From: Vicinamibacteria bacterium
GTDB lineage: Bacteria > Acidobacteriota > Vicinamibacteria > Fen-336
DNA: 64,000 bases
Reading direction: 5' to 3'
Assembly: GCA_023701125.1 (NCBI GenBank)
Contig: JAMPXO010000003.1
Location: 32,391-96,390, forward strand
Positions within the stretch are counted from its first letter, which is position 1, and the number at the start of each line of letters is the position of its first letter. The notes under the pieces are model-generated. The model was not told the DNA's origin, did no database searches, and saw nothing but the letters and a program-made list of their open reading frames with translations. Shown here piece by piece: positions 37,655-47,002 of the stretch. Both the position numbers and the translations under genes were made by a program.

Positions 37655-38269
37655 ATGAAACTTCTCAATACCCTGATCGAGAAGGTCTCCGACCACCCGG
37701 TGCTGTTCATCTTCTTCCGGGCGATCCTGGAGAACGATTTCAAGGCGATCCGTGCGGTGATCCGGCGCGAGTTGAACCTCGGCCCCGGCCAGCGGACCCT
37801 GGACCTCGGCTGCGGGCCCGGCGCCTTCTCGGACCTGTTCGAGAAGCACGACTACGTCGGCGCCGACCTCAACAAGCGCTACATCGACTACGCCCGCGAG
37901 CACCGCCGCGGCACGTTCATCGCCTCTGACGCGCGCAAGGTGGACCTGCCGGACGCCCGCTTCGACCAGGTGCTGATCTTCGGCCTGCTCCACCACCTCT
38001 CGGACGAGGACACGCGGGCCGTGTTGTCGGAGGCGCGGCGCATGGTCGTCCCCGGCGGCGTGATCCTGGCGATCGAGGACATCCCGGCCCAGCATCGGCT
38101 CAACCTGATCGGCCACCTGCTGCACGCGATCGAGAACGGCGAGCACATCCGCCCGACCGCGGACTACAAGGGGCTGTACGCCGAGGCCGGCACGATCGAA
38201 CTCGAAGAAGAACTGCGCAGTGGCGTCTGCGACTACTACGTCGCGCGGATTCGCACGCCCAGGGTGTGA
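37655..38269 (+). CDS. class I SAM-dependent methyltransferase
   Basis: SAM motif I LDLGCGPGAF and post-I DLNKRYIDYA. 204 aa. Its stop overlaps the next start (GTGA). Confidence 0.8.
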   Translation: MKLLNTLIEKVSDHPVLFIFFRAILENDFKAIRAVIRRELNLGPGQRTLDLGCGPGAFSDLFEKHDYVGADLNKRYIDYAREHRRGTFIASDARKVDLPDARFDQVLIFGLLHHLSDEDTRAVLSEARRMVVPGGVILAIEDIPAQHRLNLIGHLLHAIENGEHIRPTADYKGLYAEAGTIELEEELRSGVCDYYVARIRTPRV

Positions 38270-40266
38270 GCGGCCGGCGCCTCGCCGGCACGCTGGCCTG
38301 GGCGCTCGCCGCCGCCGTGCTGGCGGTCGCCGGCCTCGCTGCGGGGTTGCGGCAGGCGCGCCCGCTGGTGCTCGACCTGGGGCCCAACGACGCGGCGCAA
38401 CTTGCCGGCTTCCGCGAGGACTGGGAGCGCGAGGGATCGGTCGCGTTCCGCTGGACGACGCTGCGCTCGGAGGTGCGCTTCCCCTTCGCGCTCGCCGAGC
38501 CCGGGGGCCGCGTCGTACTCCGCTATCGGCGCCACTTCGACGACCCCGCTCGGGTGCGCATCGTCTCCGCGGGCGCCACGGTCGTTCAGTTCGAGGCCAG
38601 GGCCGATCGCAAGAGCCCCTACCTCGAGCTCGAGGCTCCGCTCGGCGCGACGCGCGGGCCGCTCACGCTGGTGTTCGAGTCCCACGTCACCAACGAGCGC
38701 CCGCTGGGCATCGCTCTCGACTGGGTGCGGGTCGAAGGCCGAGGCGGCTACCAGACGACGGGAAGCCTGTCCGTCGCGGTCGCCCTGCTGGCGGCAGGCA
38801 CCGTGTTGCTCGTCGCGGCCGCCGGGGCTCCGGCCCTCCCGGCCGCGGCGGCCGGATTGCTGGTTGCGGCGGCGATCGGACTGGGCGGCTGGTGGGACCC
38901 GATGGCACTGGACCGGATCGTCCAGGGCGGCCTGGCGCCGTGGCTGCTCACGGGTGCGGCTGCGGTCCTGCTGCTCCGGGCGCGGCCGTCCTCGGCCTGG
39001 CTGCGTGTCGAAGTCGCGCACCGGCCCGCGCTGCTCGCGCTGGCCCTCGTGGCGCTGGCTGTGCGGCTCGTGCTGGTGCTCCACCCCCGCTTCTACTACC
39101 CGGACGTGCGCACCCATGCGCTCTTCGCGGGACAACTCGCCCGCCACGGGCTCGAGCGCTTCTTGCAGGGCTTCACCGAGAACCAGTTCCGCTACTCGCT
39201 GGGCATCCAGCTCGAGGGCGATCACTGGTACGCGTTCCCCTACCCGCCGCTGTTCTACGTCTTCGCCCAGCCCCTGATCGGATTGTTCCGCCTCGCGCCC
39301 GAGCTCGCCGTCTCGGCGCTGCCGGCGATGGTCAACGCGCTCGAGGTGCTGCTCGTCTACGCGCTCGCCCGTCGCCTGGCGGCCGTCGCGCCGCTGCGCG
39401 CCGCGGCGCTCGTGGTGGTGCTACCGATCTTCCTGGCCCGGGCGTCGCTGGCGCTCTTCCCCGCCCTGGTCGGCCATGCCCTCGATACGTTGCTGCTGGT
39501 CTGCCTGCTCGACCTGTTCCAGGCCGCGCGCCCTCGCGTCCGCAGCGGGGTCGTGTCGGGCCTGCTGCTGGCGACGGCCTTGCTGGCGTACACACAGGGC
39601 GTCCTGAACTTCGGCCTGCTGCTGCCGCTGGTGCTGGCCTGGGATTTTTTCGCGGACCGCACGCCGACGGGCCGCGATCGGCAACGGGCTCTGCTGACCG
39701 CGGGCGTCCTCGGTGTGACGCTGGCAGCCGGGCTCTTCTACGCGCGCTACGTGCCGGTGTTCGTGGACATGCAGCGGGGCATCCCCCAGCCCGAGGAGCG
39801 CATCTGGCTGGAGTTGCAGGAGCGGCGGGCGCTGCAGGGGGACGACGATCAGCCCGAGGAGCCCAACGACCCCTACGCCGCCCCGACGTTCGAGGCCACC
39901 CGGGGGCTGGCCAAGGCGGGCTCGCGCTTGTGGATTTTCTGGGGCCCGTTCGCGCTCCTGCTACCGGTCGGGGTGGGACTACTGGCCGCGGGCGAAGCCG
40001 CGGCCAGCCGGCGCTTCCTGATCGCGTGGGCCAGCCTCTACATCGTGCTGAACTTCGCATCCGGCAGCCTGCCCGGCCCGAACCTCTTCCGCCACAGCAA
40101 GGACGTCGAGGTCGTCGCGCCGCTCTGCGCGCTCTCTCTCTCTCTCGCCGGCTCCGGGCCCCGCTCGCGCCTGGCGTGGCGCGCGGTATGGATGGCCTTC
40201 GTCGTCTACGCAGCCTGGCGAGTCGTCGAGATCTACGGGCGCATCACACCCGCTCCGTTGCCCTAG
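38266..40266 (+). CDS. large polytopic membrane protein, GT-C/PMT_2-like, with N-terminal extracytoplasmic domain
   Basis: 666 aa. An N-terminal TM is followed by a ~150-aa soluble domain and then more than 10 hydrophobic segments. HPRFYYPDVRTHA loop motif. Confidence 0.55.
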   Translation: MSGRRLAGTLAWALAAAVLAVAGLAAGLRQARPLVLDLGPNDAAQLAGFREDWEREGSVAFRWTTLRSEVRFPFALAEPGGRVVLRYRRHFDDPARVRIVSAGATVVQFEARADRKSPYLELEAPLGATRGPLTLVFESHVTNERPLGIALDWVRVEGRGGYQTTGSLSVAVALLAAGTVLLVAAAGAPALPAAAAGLLVAAAIGLGGWWDPMALDRIVQGGLAPWLLTGAAAVLLLRARPSSAWLRVEVAHRPALLALALVALAVRLVLVLHPRFYYPDVRTHALFAGQLARHGLERFLQGFTENQFRYSLGIQLEGDHWYAFPYPPLFYVFAQPLIGLFRLAPELAVSALPAMVNALEVLLVYALARRLAAVAPLRAAALVVVLPIFLARASLALFPALVGHALDTLLLVCLLDLFQAARPRVRSGVVSGLLLATALLAYTQGVLNFGLLLPLVLAWDFFADRTPTGRDRQRALLTAGVLGVTLAAGLFYARYVPVFVDMQRGIPQPEERIWLELQERRALQGDDDQPEEPNDPYAAPTFEATRGLAKAGSRLWIFWGPFALLLPVGVGLLAAGEAAASRRFLIAWASLYIVLNFASGSLPGPNLFRHSKDVEVVAPLCALSLSLAGSGPRSRLAWRAVWMAFVVYAAWRVVEIYGRITPAPLP

Positions 40267-41105
40267 TCGGCCGCCTTCTCCAGGTCCTCGAGGATGCGGC
40301 GCAGGGCCGCGATGACCTCGTCGCGGGAGACCTCGGTCTTGCGGAACTTCAGGTCGAGAGCGAAGGTCTTCTCGGCTGGCTGAAACTGGAACACGTAGTT
40401 CCGGGGCCGTCCCGGCTTCTTCGAGACCTCCTTCGCGGCCCGGCGTGCGACCTCGCGAGTGCCGCCGCCCTCCTGGATTTTTTTGATGAGGGACAGCATC
40501 TTACCCGGGTCTCCCTGCCGAACTACTTGAAGCAGGAGGGACTTCGACTGGATGTCCGCCAGGCGACACAGCTCCCGGATATCGGCCGGCATCGAGGTCA
40601 GCGACAGCATCTCGGTGACGGAGGTCCGGCTCTTGCCCAGCCGCTCGGCCATCAGCTCGTGCGTGTAGCCGTAGCTCTCGGCCAGTTGCTTGAGACCGTC
40701 TGCCTCCTCGAAGGCGCTCAGGTCCTTGCGCTGGAGGTTCTCGATCAGCGCGATCTCGGTGACCTCGGCGTCCGAGCACTCCCGGATCACACAGGGCACC
40801 TCGTCGAGTTCGGCCTCGCGAGCCGCGCGAAAGCGCCGCTCACCCGCGATGATCTGGTAGCGCCCGCCTTGGGGCCGAACCAGGATCGGCTCCAGCACGC
40901 CCTTCTCGCGGACCGAAGCGACCAGTTCAGCCAGGTCTCCGATCTCGCGCCGGGGCTGATCCGGGTTCGGGTCGATCTGGTCGAGCGCGATCAGGCGGCC
41001 GATCGGCTCGCCCGGAGTCCGTCCGAGTTGCTCGACGAAGTGCGTGTCGTGGCGCATGCGGAGCGAACCCGGCAGCCCGAAACGGCGCGCGGCGGTGTTA
41101 GACAC
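40263..41105 (-). CDS. parB: ParB/Spo0J chromosome partitioning protein
   Basis: IIAGERRFRAA ParB box and the HTH region GKSRTSVTEMLSL. GTG 41105 overlaps the parA stop by 8 nt. The longer ORF to 41261 is rejected. Confidence 0.85.
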   Translation of the reverse strand: MSNTAARRFGLPGSLRMRHDTHFVEQLGRTPGEPIGRLIALDQIDPNPDQPRREIGDLAELVASVREKGVLEPILVRPQGGRYQIIAGERRFRAAREAELDEVPCVIRECSDAEVTEIALIENLQRKDLSAFEEADGLKQLAESYGYTHELMAERLGKSRTSVTEMLSLTSMPADIRELCRLADIQSKSLLLQVVRQGDPGKMLSLIKKIQEGGGTREVARRAAKEVSKKPGRPRNYVFQFQPAEKTFALDLKFRKTEVSRDEVIAALRRILEDLEKAAD

Positions 41106-41859
41106 GTTCGATGACCTCCTCGCAGAGCCGGTAGTACTCGAAGGCGCCGCTGGACTGGGGTGCGAAGGTGAAGATGGACTCCTTGTGCGCCGGGCTCTCC
41201 TCGAGGCGAATGCTCTTGGAGATCGTCGTCTGGAACACACGGTCGCCGAACACGTCGGCAACCGCCTTCTGGACGTCCCGAGCCAGCGTCGTACGCTTGT
41301 CGTAGAGCGTGATCACCGCTCCCAGCAGCTTGAGCTGCGGGTTGGGCCGCGAGCGGATCTTCTCCACCGTCTCGAGCAGGTCGTCGGTGCCTTCGAGCGC
41401 GAAGTAGGACGACTGCACGGGAACCAGCAGATGAGTCGCGGCCACGAGCGCGTTGACCGTGATCAGGCCCAGGGCCGGCGGGGTGTCGATCACAGCGAAG
41501 TCGAACTCGTCCGCCACCGCCGCCATCCGGTCCTTCAGGCGGAAGTGACCGTCGATCTCCCCGACCAGCTTGGCCTCGACCTTGGCAAGCGCGATGCGCG
41601 AAGGCGCGACGAACAGGTTGTCCACCGATGTCGGCCGGATGATGTCCTTGAGTTCGCTGTCCCCGGACAACACGTCGTACATCGATCGCTCCAGGGACCG
41701 GACATCCAGATAAGAGATCGACGAATTGGCCTGGGGATCGAGGTCGATCAGCAGGGTCCGTTTGCCCCTCATCGCCAGGGCTGCCGCGAGGTTGATCGCG
41801 GTCGTGGTTTTGCCGACGCCGCCCTTCTGATTCGCGATCGCAATGATCGTCAAAGACAC
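41098..41859 (-). CDS. parA: ParA/Soj partitioning ATPase
   Basis: Deviant Walker A KGGVGKTT. GTG 41859 gives ~253 aa, with TTG 41919 as an alternative start. Confidence 0.9.
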   Translation of the reverse strand: MSLTIIAIANQKGGVGKTTTAINLAAALAMRGKRTLLIDLDPQANSSISYLDVRSLERSMYDVLSGDSELKDIIRPTSVDNLFVAPSRIALAKVEAKLVGEIDGHFRLKDRMAAVADEFDFAVIDTPPALGLITVNALVAATHLLVPVQSSYFALEGTDDLLETVEKIRSRPNPQLKLLGAVITLYDKRTTLARDVQKAVADVFGDRVFQTTISKSIRLEESPAHKESIFTFAPQSSGAFEYYRLCEEVIERV

Positions 41860-41934
41860 CTCGTCAAGGCTGGAGAACGTGCAGGAGCGGATCGTAGGGG
41901 ACTCGATCCGTGGGGTCAAGGGGAGAAGGCACCC

Positions 41935-42426
41935 TTACATCTTGTATTTTCCGAGATCCTCGTCCGAGAGGCCCTCAAGCCACCTCTGGAGCCGCTCGAC
42001 GTCCGCCGAACGAGGTGAGGACTCCTCGGTCGGCACCTCGGGAGCCTCGATCACGTGGTCCTCGACGAAGATCGGCGCCCCGGCTCGGAGGGCCAGGGCG
42101 ATCGCGTCCGACGGGCGGGAGTCGACGAGAACCCGCCCTGCCGGGGTGTCGAGGTGGATCGAGGCGTAAAAGGTGTTCTCACGCAGGTCGCAGACGACCA
42201 CTCGCGCCACTGCACCCCGCAGGTTCTCGATCACGCTCCGCAGGAGGTCGTGGGTCATCGGACGAGGCGTCTGCACGTTTTCGATCTGGAGCGCGATGGC
42301 GTTGGCCTCGAAGACGCCAACCCAAATCGGGAGCATCCGGTCCCCGCCCGGCTCACGGAGGACCACGATCGGCATGCTCGTGATCGGGTCGATCATCAGC
42401 CCCCGGATCGTCATCTCGACCAACAA
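41935..42426 (-). CDS. bifunctional nuclease (DUF151/BFN) family protein
   Basis: Motifs PIVVLRE...LPIWVGVFEA.AIA and RPMTHDLL, plus a C-terminal UVR-like tail. 163 aa. Confidence 0.75.
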   Translation of the reverse strand: MLVEMTIRGLMIDPITSMPIVVLREPGGDRMLPIWVGVFEANAIALQIENVQTPRPMTHDLLRSVIENLRGAVARVVVCDLRENTFYASIHLDTPAGRVLVDSRPSDAIALALRAGAPIFVEDHVIEAPEVPTEESSPRSADVERLQRWLEGLSDEDLGKYKM

Positions 42427-42486
42427 GCAGTCCTCCGCTCGGCAATATAGGCGGGCCGGAAGTGAGCGTCAATGAAGTGTTTGCGG

Positions 42487-42512
42487 GTCATTGTCGGCCG
42501 GCCGACAATGAC
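42487..42512. repeat. 26-bp perfect palindrome, core TGTCGGCCGGCCGACA
   Basis: GTCATTGTCGGCC|GGCCGACAATGAC in the nuclease/miaB intergenic region. Confidence 0.8.
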
Positions 42513-42572
42513 GGGAATATCGAGGCAGGACAAGGCTTAAGCCAAATACCCATGAGGTGTTACGTGAGAGGA

Positions 42573-42590
42573 ATGTCGGCCGGCCGACAT
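42573..42590. repeat. 18-bp perfect palindrome with the same core TGTCGGCCGGCCGACA
   Basis: ATGTCGGCC|GGCCGACAT, 14 nt after the miaB stop. Could act as the miaB terminator hairpin. Confidence 0.8.
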
Positions 42591-42603
42591 CGGGCCGAAG
42601 CCC

Positions 42604-43932
42604 TCAGGCGCTTGTTTCGAGCGCAGAGTCCTCAACACGACTGCCACGGAAGGCGTTTGGGCCCGCCGAGTCGATCCGGACCGCGACCTCACGGCCAAGC
42701 AGTTCGGCCTCGCCGTCGACATGGACCAACCGGAAGTGCATGGTCCGCCCCGACACCCGGCCCGGGCCATCGATGGTATCGACCAGGATCGTCTCCTGCT
42801 CGCCGACGCGGCCCCGATTTCGCTCCTCCTGGAATCGCTGCTGCATGCGCTGGAGGGTGTGCAGCCGATGGCGCTTTTCTTCCTCGGGCACGTCGTCCAC
42901 CTGCCGGAACGCGGTCGTGCCCGGCCGAGGTGAGTACATGAACGAGAAGATGGACTCGAAGCCCACTTGTCCGACCAGGCGGAGGGTGTCCTCGAACTCC
43001 TCTTCGGTCTCTCCGGGATAGCCCACGATCACGTCGGTCGAGAGCGCCAGGTCGGGCCGGTGGGCGCGCAGGAGCGCGACTTTCTCGAGGTACTCCGCGG
43101 GCGTGTAGCCCCGTCGCATGTCCGCCAGCACCCGAGGCGCTCCCGACTGCACCGGCAGATGGAGATAGCCGCCCAGCTTGGGCAACTCGCGGAACGCCCG
43201 AGCGAGGTCCTTGTTCACGTGCTCGGGATGTGACGTCGTGAACCGCAGGCGCCGCAGTCCGGACACCTCGTGGACCCGGTGGAGCAACTCCGCGAAATCG
43301 ATCCCGTCGCTGGCATAGGCGTTGACGGTCTGTCCCAGCAGCATGACCTCTGCAAAGCCCTGCTCGACGACGTGCCGCACCTCGCGGAGGATCTCGCCGG
43401 GCGTCCGGTTGACCTCGGGTCCGCGGGTCCGCGGCACGACACAGAAGCTGCACACGTGGTTGCAGCCTTCCATCACCGTCACGAAGGCGCGAACGCGATT
43501 CGAGTGCACGACGTCGACGGCCTCGACGGCGAAGGCGTCCGCCTTGCGGTCGAGTTCGAGCAACGGCTCCGAAGAGTCCCGAGAGCGCTCCAGGAGTTCC
43601 GGCAGCGACGACAGATTGTGGGTGCCGATCACCACGTCGACGCCAGGCGCGCGATCGAGAATCTCCTTGCCCTGGAGCTGGGCGACACAGCCGCCGACCG
43701 ACACGCGGAGTTCCGGGCGCTGCTTCTTGATCCGGCGGAAGCGTCCGAGCGAGTGGTAGAGCTTCTCGGACGCCTTTTCTCGGACCGCGCAGGTGTTCAC
43801 GAAGACCACGTCGGCCTGGTCGACCGAGGTCGCCTCTTCGTAGCCCTCGCGGCGGAGCAGGCCAGCCACCTTTTCGGAGTCGTTGACGTTCATCTGACAG
43901 CCGAACGTCTCGATGAAATAGCGCTGGGTCAT
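42604..43932 (-). CDS. miaB: tRNA (i6A37) methylthiotransferase
   Basis: FIETFGCQMNVNDSE N-terminus, radical-SAM CNHVCSFCVVP, and a TRAM C-terminus. Confidence 0.9.
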   Translation of the reverse strand: MTQRYFIETFGCQMNVNDSEKVAGLLRREGYEEATSVDQADVVFVNTCAVREKASEKLYHSLGRFRRIKKQRPELRVSVGGCVAQLQGKEILDRAPGVDVVIGTHNLSSLPELLERSRDSSEPLLELDRKADAFAVEAVDVVHSNRVRAFVTVMEGCNHVCSFCVVPRTRGPEVNRTPGEILREVRHVVEQGFAEVMLLGQTVNAYASDGIDFAELLHRVHEVSGLRRLRFTTSHPEHVNKDLARAFRELPKLGGYLHLPVQSGAPRVLADMRRGYTPAEYLEKVALLRAHRPDLALSTDVIVGYPGETEEEFEDTLRLVGQVGFESIFSFMYSPRPGTTAFRQVDDVPEEEKRHRLHTLQRMQQRFQEERNRGRVGEQETILVDTIDGPGRVSGRTMHFRLVHVDGEAELLGREVAVRIDSAGPNAFRGSRVEDSALETSA

Positions 43933-43977
43933 CCGGCCCGCTCCCGAAAAAATGCTGAATTGATCAAAAGGTAGGCG

Positions 43978-45645
43978 TCACTCGCCGGCGGCTTCGACGA
44001 GCTCGCGGGCGTGCTTGCGAGCGGCGTCCGTGACCCGTTCGCCGGCCAGCATCCGGGCCAGCTCGTCGACTCGCTCCCCGGGTTCGAGGCGGTGGACGCG
44101 CGTGAACGTGCGACCGCTTCGGATCTCCTTGGAGACCCGCCAATGGGTGTTCGCCTGGGCTGCGATCGGGGCCAGGTGAGTCACGCAGAGCACCTGATGC
44201 CGCTCCGCCATCGCCCGGAGCCGCCGCCCGACGACTTCGGCAACGCGACCGCCAATGCCGGCGTCGATCTCGTCGAAGACCAGGGTGTGCCCCTGTTCCC
44301 GGATGGCGGCCGACTTGAGAGCGAGAAGCAGGCGCGACAACTCACCGCCCGAGGCGATCCGCGCCAGTGGCCGGAGGTCTTCGCCGAGGTTCGGGGCGAT
44401 GAAGAACTCGCCCCGCTCGAGCCCATGCTCGCCCGCGGCCGACAGGTCTTCCACCGCCGGCGTGAAACGCACCTCGAAGCGGGTGCCCTCGAGCGCCAGC
44501 TCGCGCAGCCCCTTCTGCATCCGCCGCTCGAGATCCCGCGCCGCCGACCGGCGTCGACCCGATAGGGTGCGGCCCGTGTCCAGATAGCGGGCACGGGCCT
44601 CGGTGGCCGCAGTAGACAGCTGTTCGCGACGAGCCTCCGGGGCCTCGAGGGTGGCGAGCTGCCGCCGTGCGTCCTCCGCGAACGTCAGGACCTCGTCGGC
44701 GGTCGCGCCGTACTTTCGGCGAAGGCGGTCGATGGCGGCGAGCCGGGACTCGATCTCGTCGAGCCGGCCCGGGGCGACCTGCAGGTCGTCCGAGAAGTCG
44801 CGAAGCGTGTAGGCCAGGTCCTCGAGCGCCGAGTTGACGGCCGCCCTTGCTTCGAGCGCCGCCGTGAAGCGAGGTTCGAGCGCCGCCAGGTCGTCCACCT
44901 TGCGGTAGACCTGGCGAAGCCGGGAGAGGATCGCGGCGTCTTCATCATAAAGGGAGGCATAAGCCTCAGCGCACAGGGCGGCGAGGCGGTCGGCGTTGGC
45001 GACGACGGCCTTCTCCCGAAGCAGCGCCGTGTCCTCGCCAGGCTGCAAGTGGGCTCGCTCGATCTCCGCGACCTGTTGCTCGAGGGCCTCGCGGTGTCGC
45101 TCGAGCTCGCGGCGATCGCGCTCGAAGCCCGCCAGTTCCGACTCGGCGCGCTGCCAGCGCTGCCAGGCGGCGGCAACCTCGACTGCCAGTTCCTCGAGTT
45201 CGCCGTGCTGATCGACGAGCGGCGTATGGCTGTCCGGGTCGAGCAGGCCCTGGGGCTCGTGCTGTCCATGGACTGCCGCGACCCGGGGAGCCAGTTCGCG
45301 AAGGAGCGCGACCGGGACCAGGACGCCATTGACGGTCGCCCGGCCCTTGGCGCCGGACTGGATCTCGCGGCGCAGGATCACTTCTTCGCCGTCCGCGTCG
45401 ATCGCGTGCTCCTGCAGCCAGCCGCCGATCGCCGGCAGGTCGACGATCGCCTCGACGGCGGCCTTCGTCTCTCCCGTGCGGATCAGATCGGCTCCGGCCC
45501 GGCCACCCAGGACGAGGCCGAGCGCGTCGAGCAGGATCGACTTGCCCGCGCCCGTCTCGCCCGTCAGCACCGTCAGCCCGGGGCCCAGTTCGAGCTCGAC
45601 GCCGGAGGCCAGGGCGATGTTGCTGATACGCAGGAACTTGATCAC
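43978..45645 (-). CDS. recN: DNA repair protein RecN
   Basis: GTG 45645 (VIKFLRISNIAL) with AGGGGG upstream. Walker A GETGAGKS, coiled-coil middle, and C-terminal SGGELSR / LVFDEIDAGIGG. Confidence 0.9.
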   Translation of the reverse strand: MIKFLRISNIALASGVELELGPGLTVLTGETGAGKSILLDALGLVLGGRAGADLIRTGETKAAVEAIVDLPAIGGWLQEHAIDADGEEVILRREIQSGAKGRATVNGVLVPVALLRELAPRVAAVHGQHEPQGLLDPDSHTPLVDQHGELEELAVEVAAAWQRWQRAESELAGFERDRRELERHREALEQQVAEIERAHLQPGEDTALLREKAVVANADRLAALCAEAYASLYDEDAAILSRLRQVYRKVDDLAALEPRFTAALEARAAVNSALEDLAYTLRDFSDDLQVAPGRLDEIESRLAAIDRLRRKYGATADEVLTFAEDARRQLATLEAPEARREQLSTAATEARARYLDTGRTLSGRRRSAARDLERRMQKGLRELALEGTRFEVRFTPAVEDLSAAGEHGLERGEFFIAPNLGEDLRPLARIASGGELSRLLLALKSAAIREQGHTLVFDEIDAGIGGRVAEVVGRRLRAMAERHQVLCVTHLAPIAAQANTHWRVSKEIRSGRTFTRVHRLEPGERVDELARMLAGERVTDAARKHARELVEAAGE

Positions 45646-45795
45646 GCCCGCCCCCTGGTTCCGAACTCCCGGCAACTCTCGTAAGTCAATGATTCCAAAC
45701 AGCTTATATAGCCAGCAGAGGCGCGGGATCGCGCCGCGAAATCGTTGACACCCCCTAGGGATTGTGGCATCCTCTGACGGCAGCGCAATTTAGAG

Positions 45796-46530
45796 GTGAT
45801 CACCCTGCTTTTTTCCACGCTGTTGGCCCAGGCGGGCGGGACCGCATTTTCCGGAGGCGTGTTCGGACTGATCCGCGACAGCGGCCCGGTCGCGATCGCC
45901 GTCCTGTTCACGCTCCTCGTGTTCTCCTTCGTCTCGTGGGCGATCATCGTCTACAAGGGCCTCGCGTTGCGTCAAGCGTACCAGCACTCCGAGACGTTCC
46001 TGGAGATCTTCCGGAAGAGCTCCAAGTTCTCCGAGGTGCACTCCGTCTGCGTCCAGCTCAAGGCGAGCCCGCTGGTCGGTGTCTTCCAGGCCGGCTACCA
46101 GGAGGTCAACCAGCAGGTGCGCGCCGGCCAGCAACCGGCCGCAGCCGCTGCCGCGCGCCCGGTCGTGAAGAGCCTGGAGTCCCTCACCCGTGCGCTGGTC
46201 CGCGCCGCCACCGCCGAGTCCACCCGCCTCGAGCGACGGCTGAGTTTCCTCGCGACCACTGCCGCCGTGTGTCCGTTCGTCGGCCTTTTCGGCACCACGT
46301 GGGGCATCATGAACGCCTTCCAGGAGATCGGCTCGCAGGGATCGGCCAACCTGGCCGTCGTCGCGCCGGGCATCTCCGAGGCGCTGATCACGACGGCGAC
46401 CGGCCTGGCCGCGGCGATCCCCGCGGCCGTCTTCTACAACTACTTCGCCAGCCGCGTGCGGGTGCTGACCGCGATGGTCGACGACTTCGCGCTCGAGTTC
46501 CTCAACATCGTCGAGCGGAACTTCACTTAA
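45796..46530 (+). CDS. tolQ: MotA/TolQ/ExbB proton-channel protein
   Basis: Three TM segments and the C-terminal GLFGTTWGIMNAF...EALITTATGL motif. First gene of the tol-pal cluster. Confidence 0.85.
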   Translation: MITLLFSTLLAQAGGTAFSGGVFGLIRDSGPVAIAVLFTLLVFSFVSWAIIVYKGLALRQAYQHSETFLEIFRKSSKFSEVHSVCVQLKASPLVGVFQAGYQEVNQQVRAGQQPAAAAAARPVVKSLESLTRALVRAATAESTRLERRLSFLATTAAVCPFVGLFGTTWGIMNAFQEIGSQGSANLAVVAPGISEALITTATGLAAAIPAAVFYNYFASRVRVLTAMVDDFALEFLNIVERNFT

Positions 46531-46531
46531 G

Positions 46532-47002
46532 GTGGCGATCGGGACGGGCGGCGGAGGCGGCGGACGCGCGAGCGCGCTGTACTCCGGGTTCCGCTCCAAG
46601 CGCGGCCTGCAGCAGATGGGCGAGATCAACATCACACCGCTGGTCGACGTGGTGCTGGTGCTGCTGCTCGTCTTCATGGTGACAGCGCCGATGATGAGCC
46701 GCGGCATCGACGTGTCGCTGCCGGTGGCGGGCCTCAAGGACCCGCAACCCGAGGACCGGCTGACGGTCTCGGTCAATGCCGAGGGCCGCGTCTACCTCGG
46801 CGACCGGCCGATCGCTCTCGAACTGCTCGAGGACGAGTTGCGGGGCCGCCTGCAGGGCGTCGGCCAGCGCATTGCCTACCTGCGGGCCGACGAGCGCATC
46901 GCCTACGGCCGGGTGATCGCGGTCGTCGACCGAATGAAGAGGGCAGGCGTCGAAAACATCGGGTTCGTCTACGAGCTTCCCGAGGAGAAGGCCGCGCGTT
47001 GA
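46532..47002 (+). CDS. tolR: TolR/ExbD biopolymer transport protein
   Basis: EINITPLVDVVLVLLLVFMV motif. The start is uncertain: GTG 46532 or ATG 46616. Confidence 0.8.
   Translation: MAIGTGGGGGGRASALYSGFRSKRGLQQMGEINITPLVDVVLVLLLVFMVTAPMMSRGIDVSLPVAGLKDPQPEDRLTVSVNAEGRVYLGDRPIALELLEDELRGRLQGVGQRIAYLRADERIAYGRVIAVVDRMKRAGVENIGFVYELPEEKAAR

Noticed and set aside
40263-41261. Longer parB ORF starting at 41261
   Set aside because: The extra 52 codons are Arg/Ser/Pro-rich and overlap the parA 3' end out of frame. GTG 41105 gives the usual N-terminal R-F-G-L-P-G-S-L box (the counterpart of the GLGRGL motif).
40263-42603. Search for a parS site (TGTTTCACGTGAAACA-like) around parA-parB
   Set aside because: Only weak partial matches were found, for example ggaacacgtagttcc near 40390 and tgttacgtgaga near 42560. 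None has the 16-bp palindrome. By-eye searching cannot exclude sites elsewhere.
45646-45700. GTTCCGAAC (45658-45666) upstream of recN as a possible LexA/SOS box
   Set aside because: The half-site spacing and orientation do not fit the LexA motifs I know (CTGT-N8-ACAG, GAAC-N4-GTTC, GTTC-N7-GTTC). It lies within 12-20 nt of the start codon, overlapping the ribosome-binding region. The evidence is insufficient.
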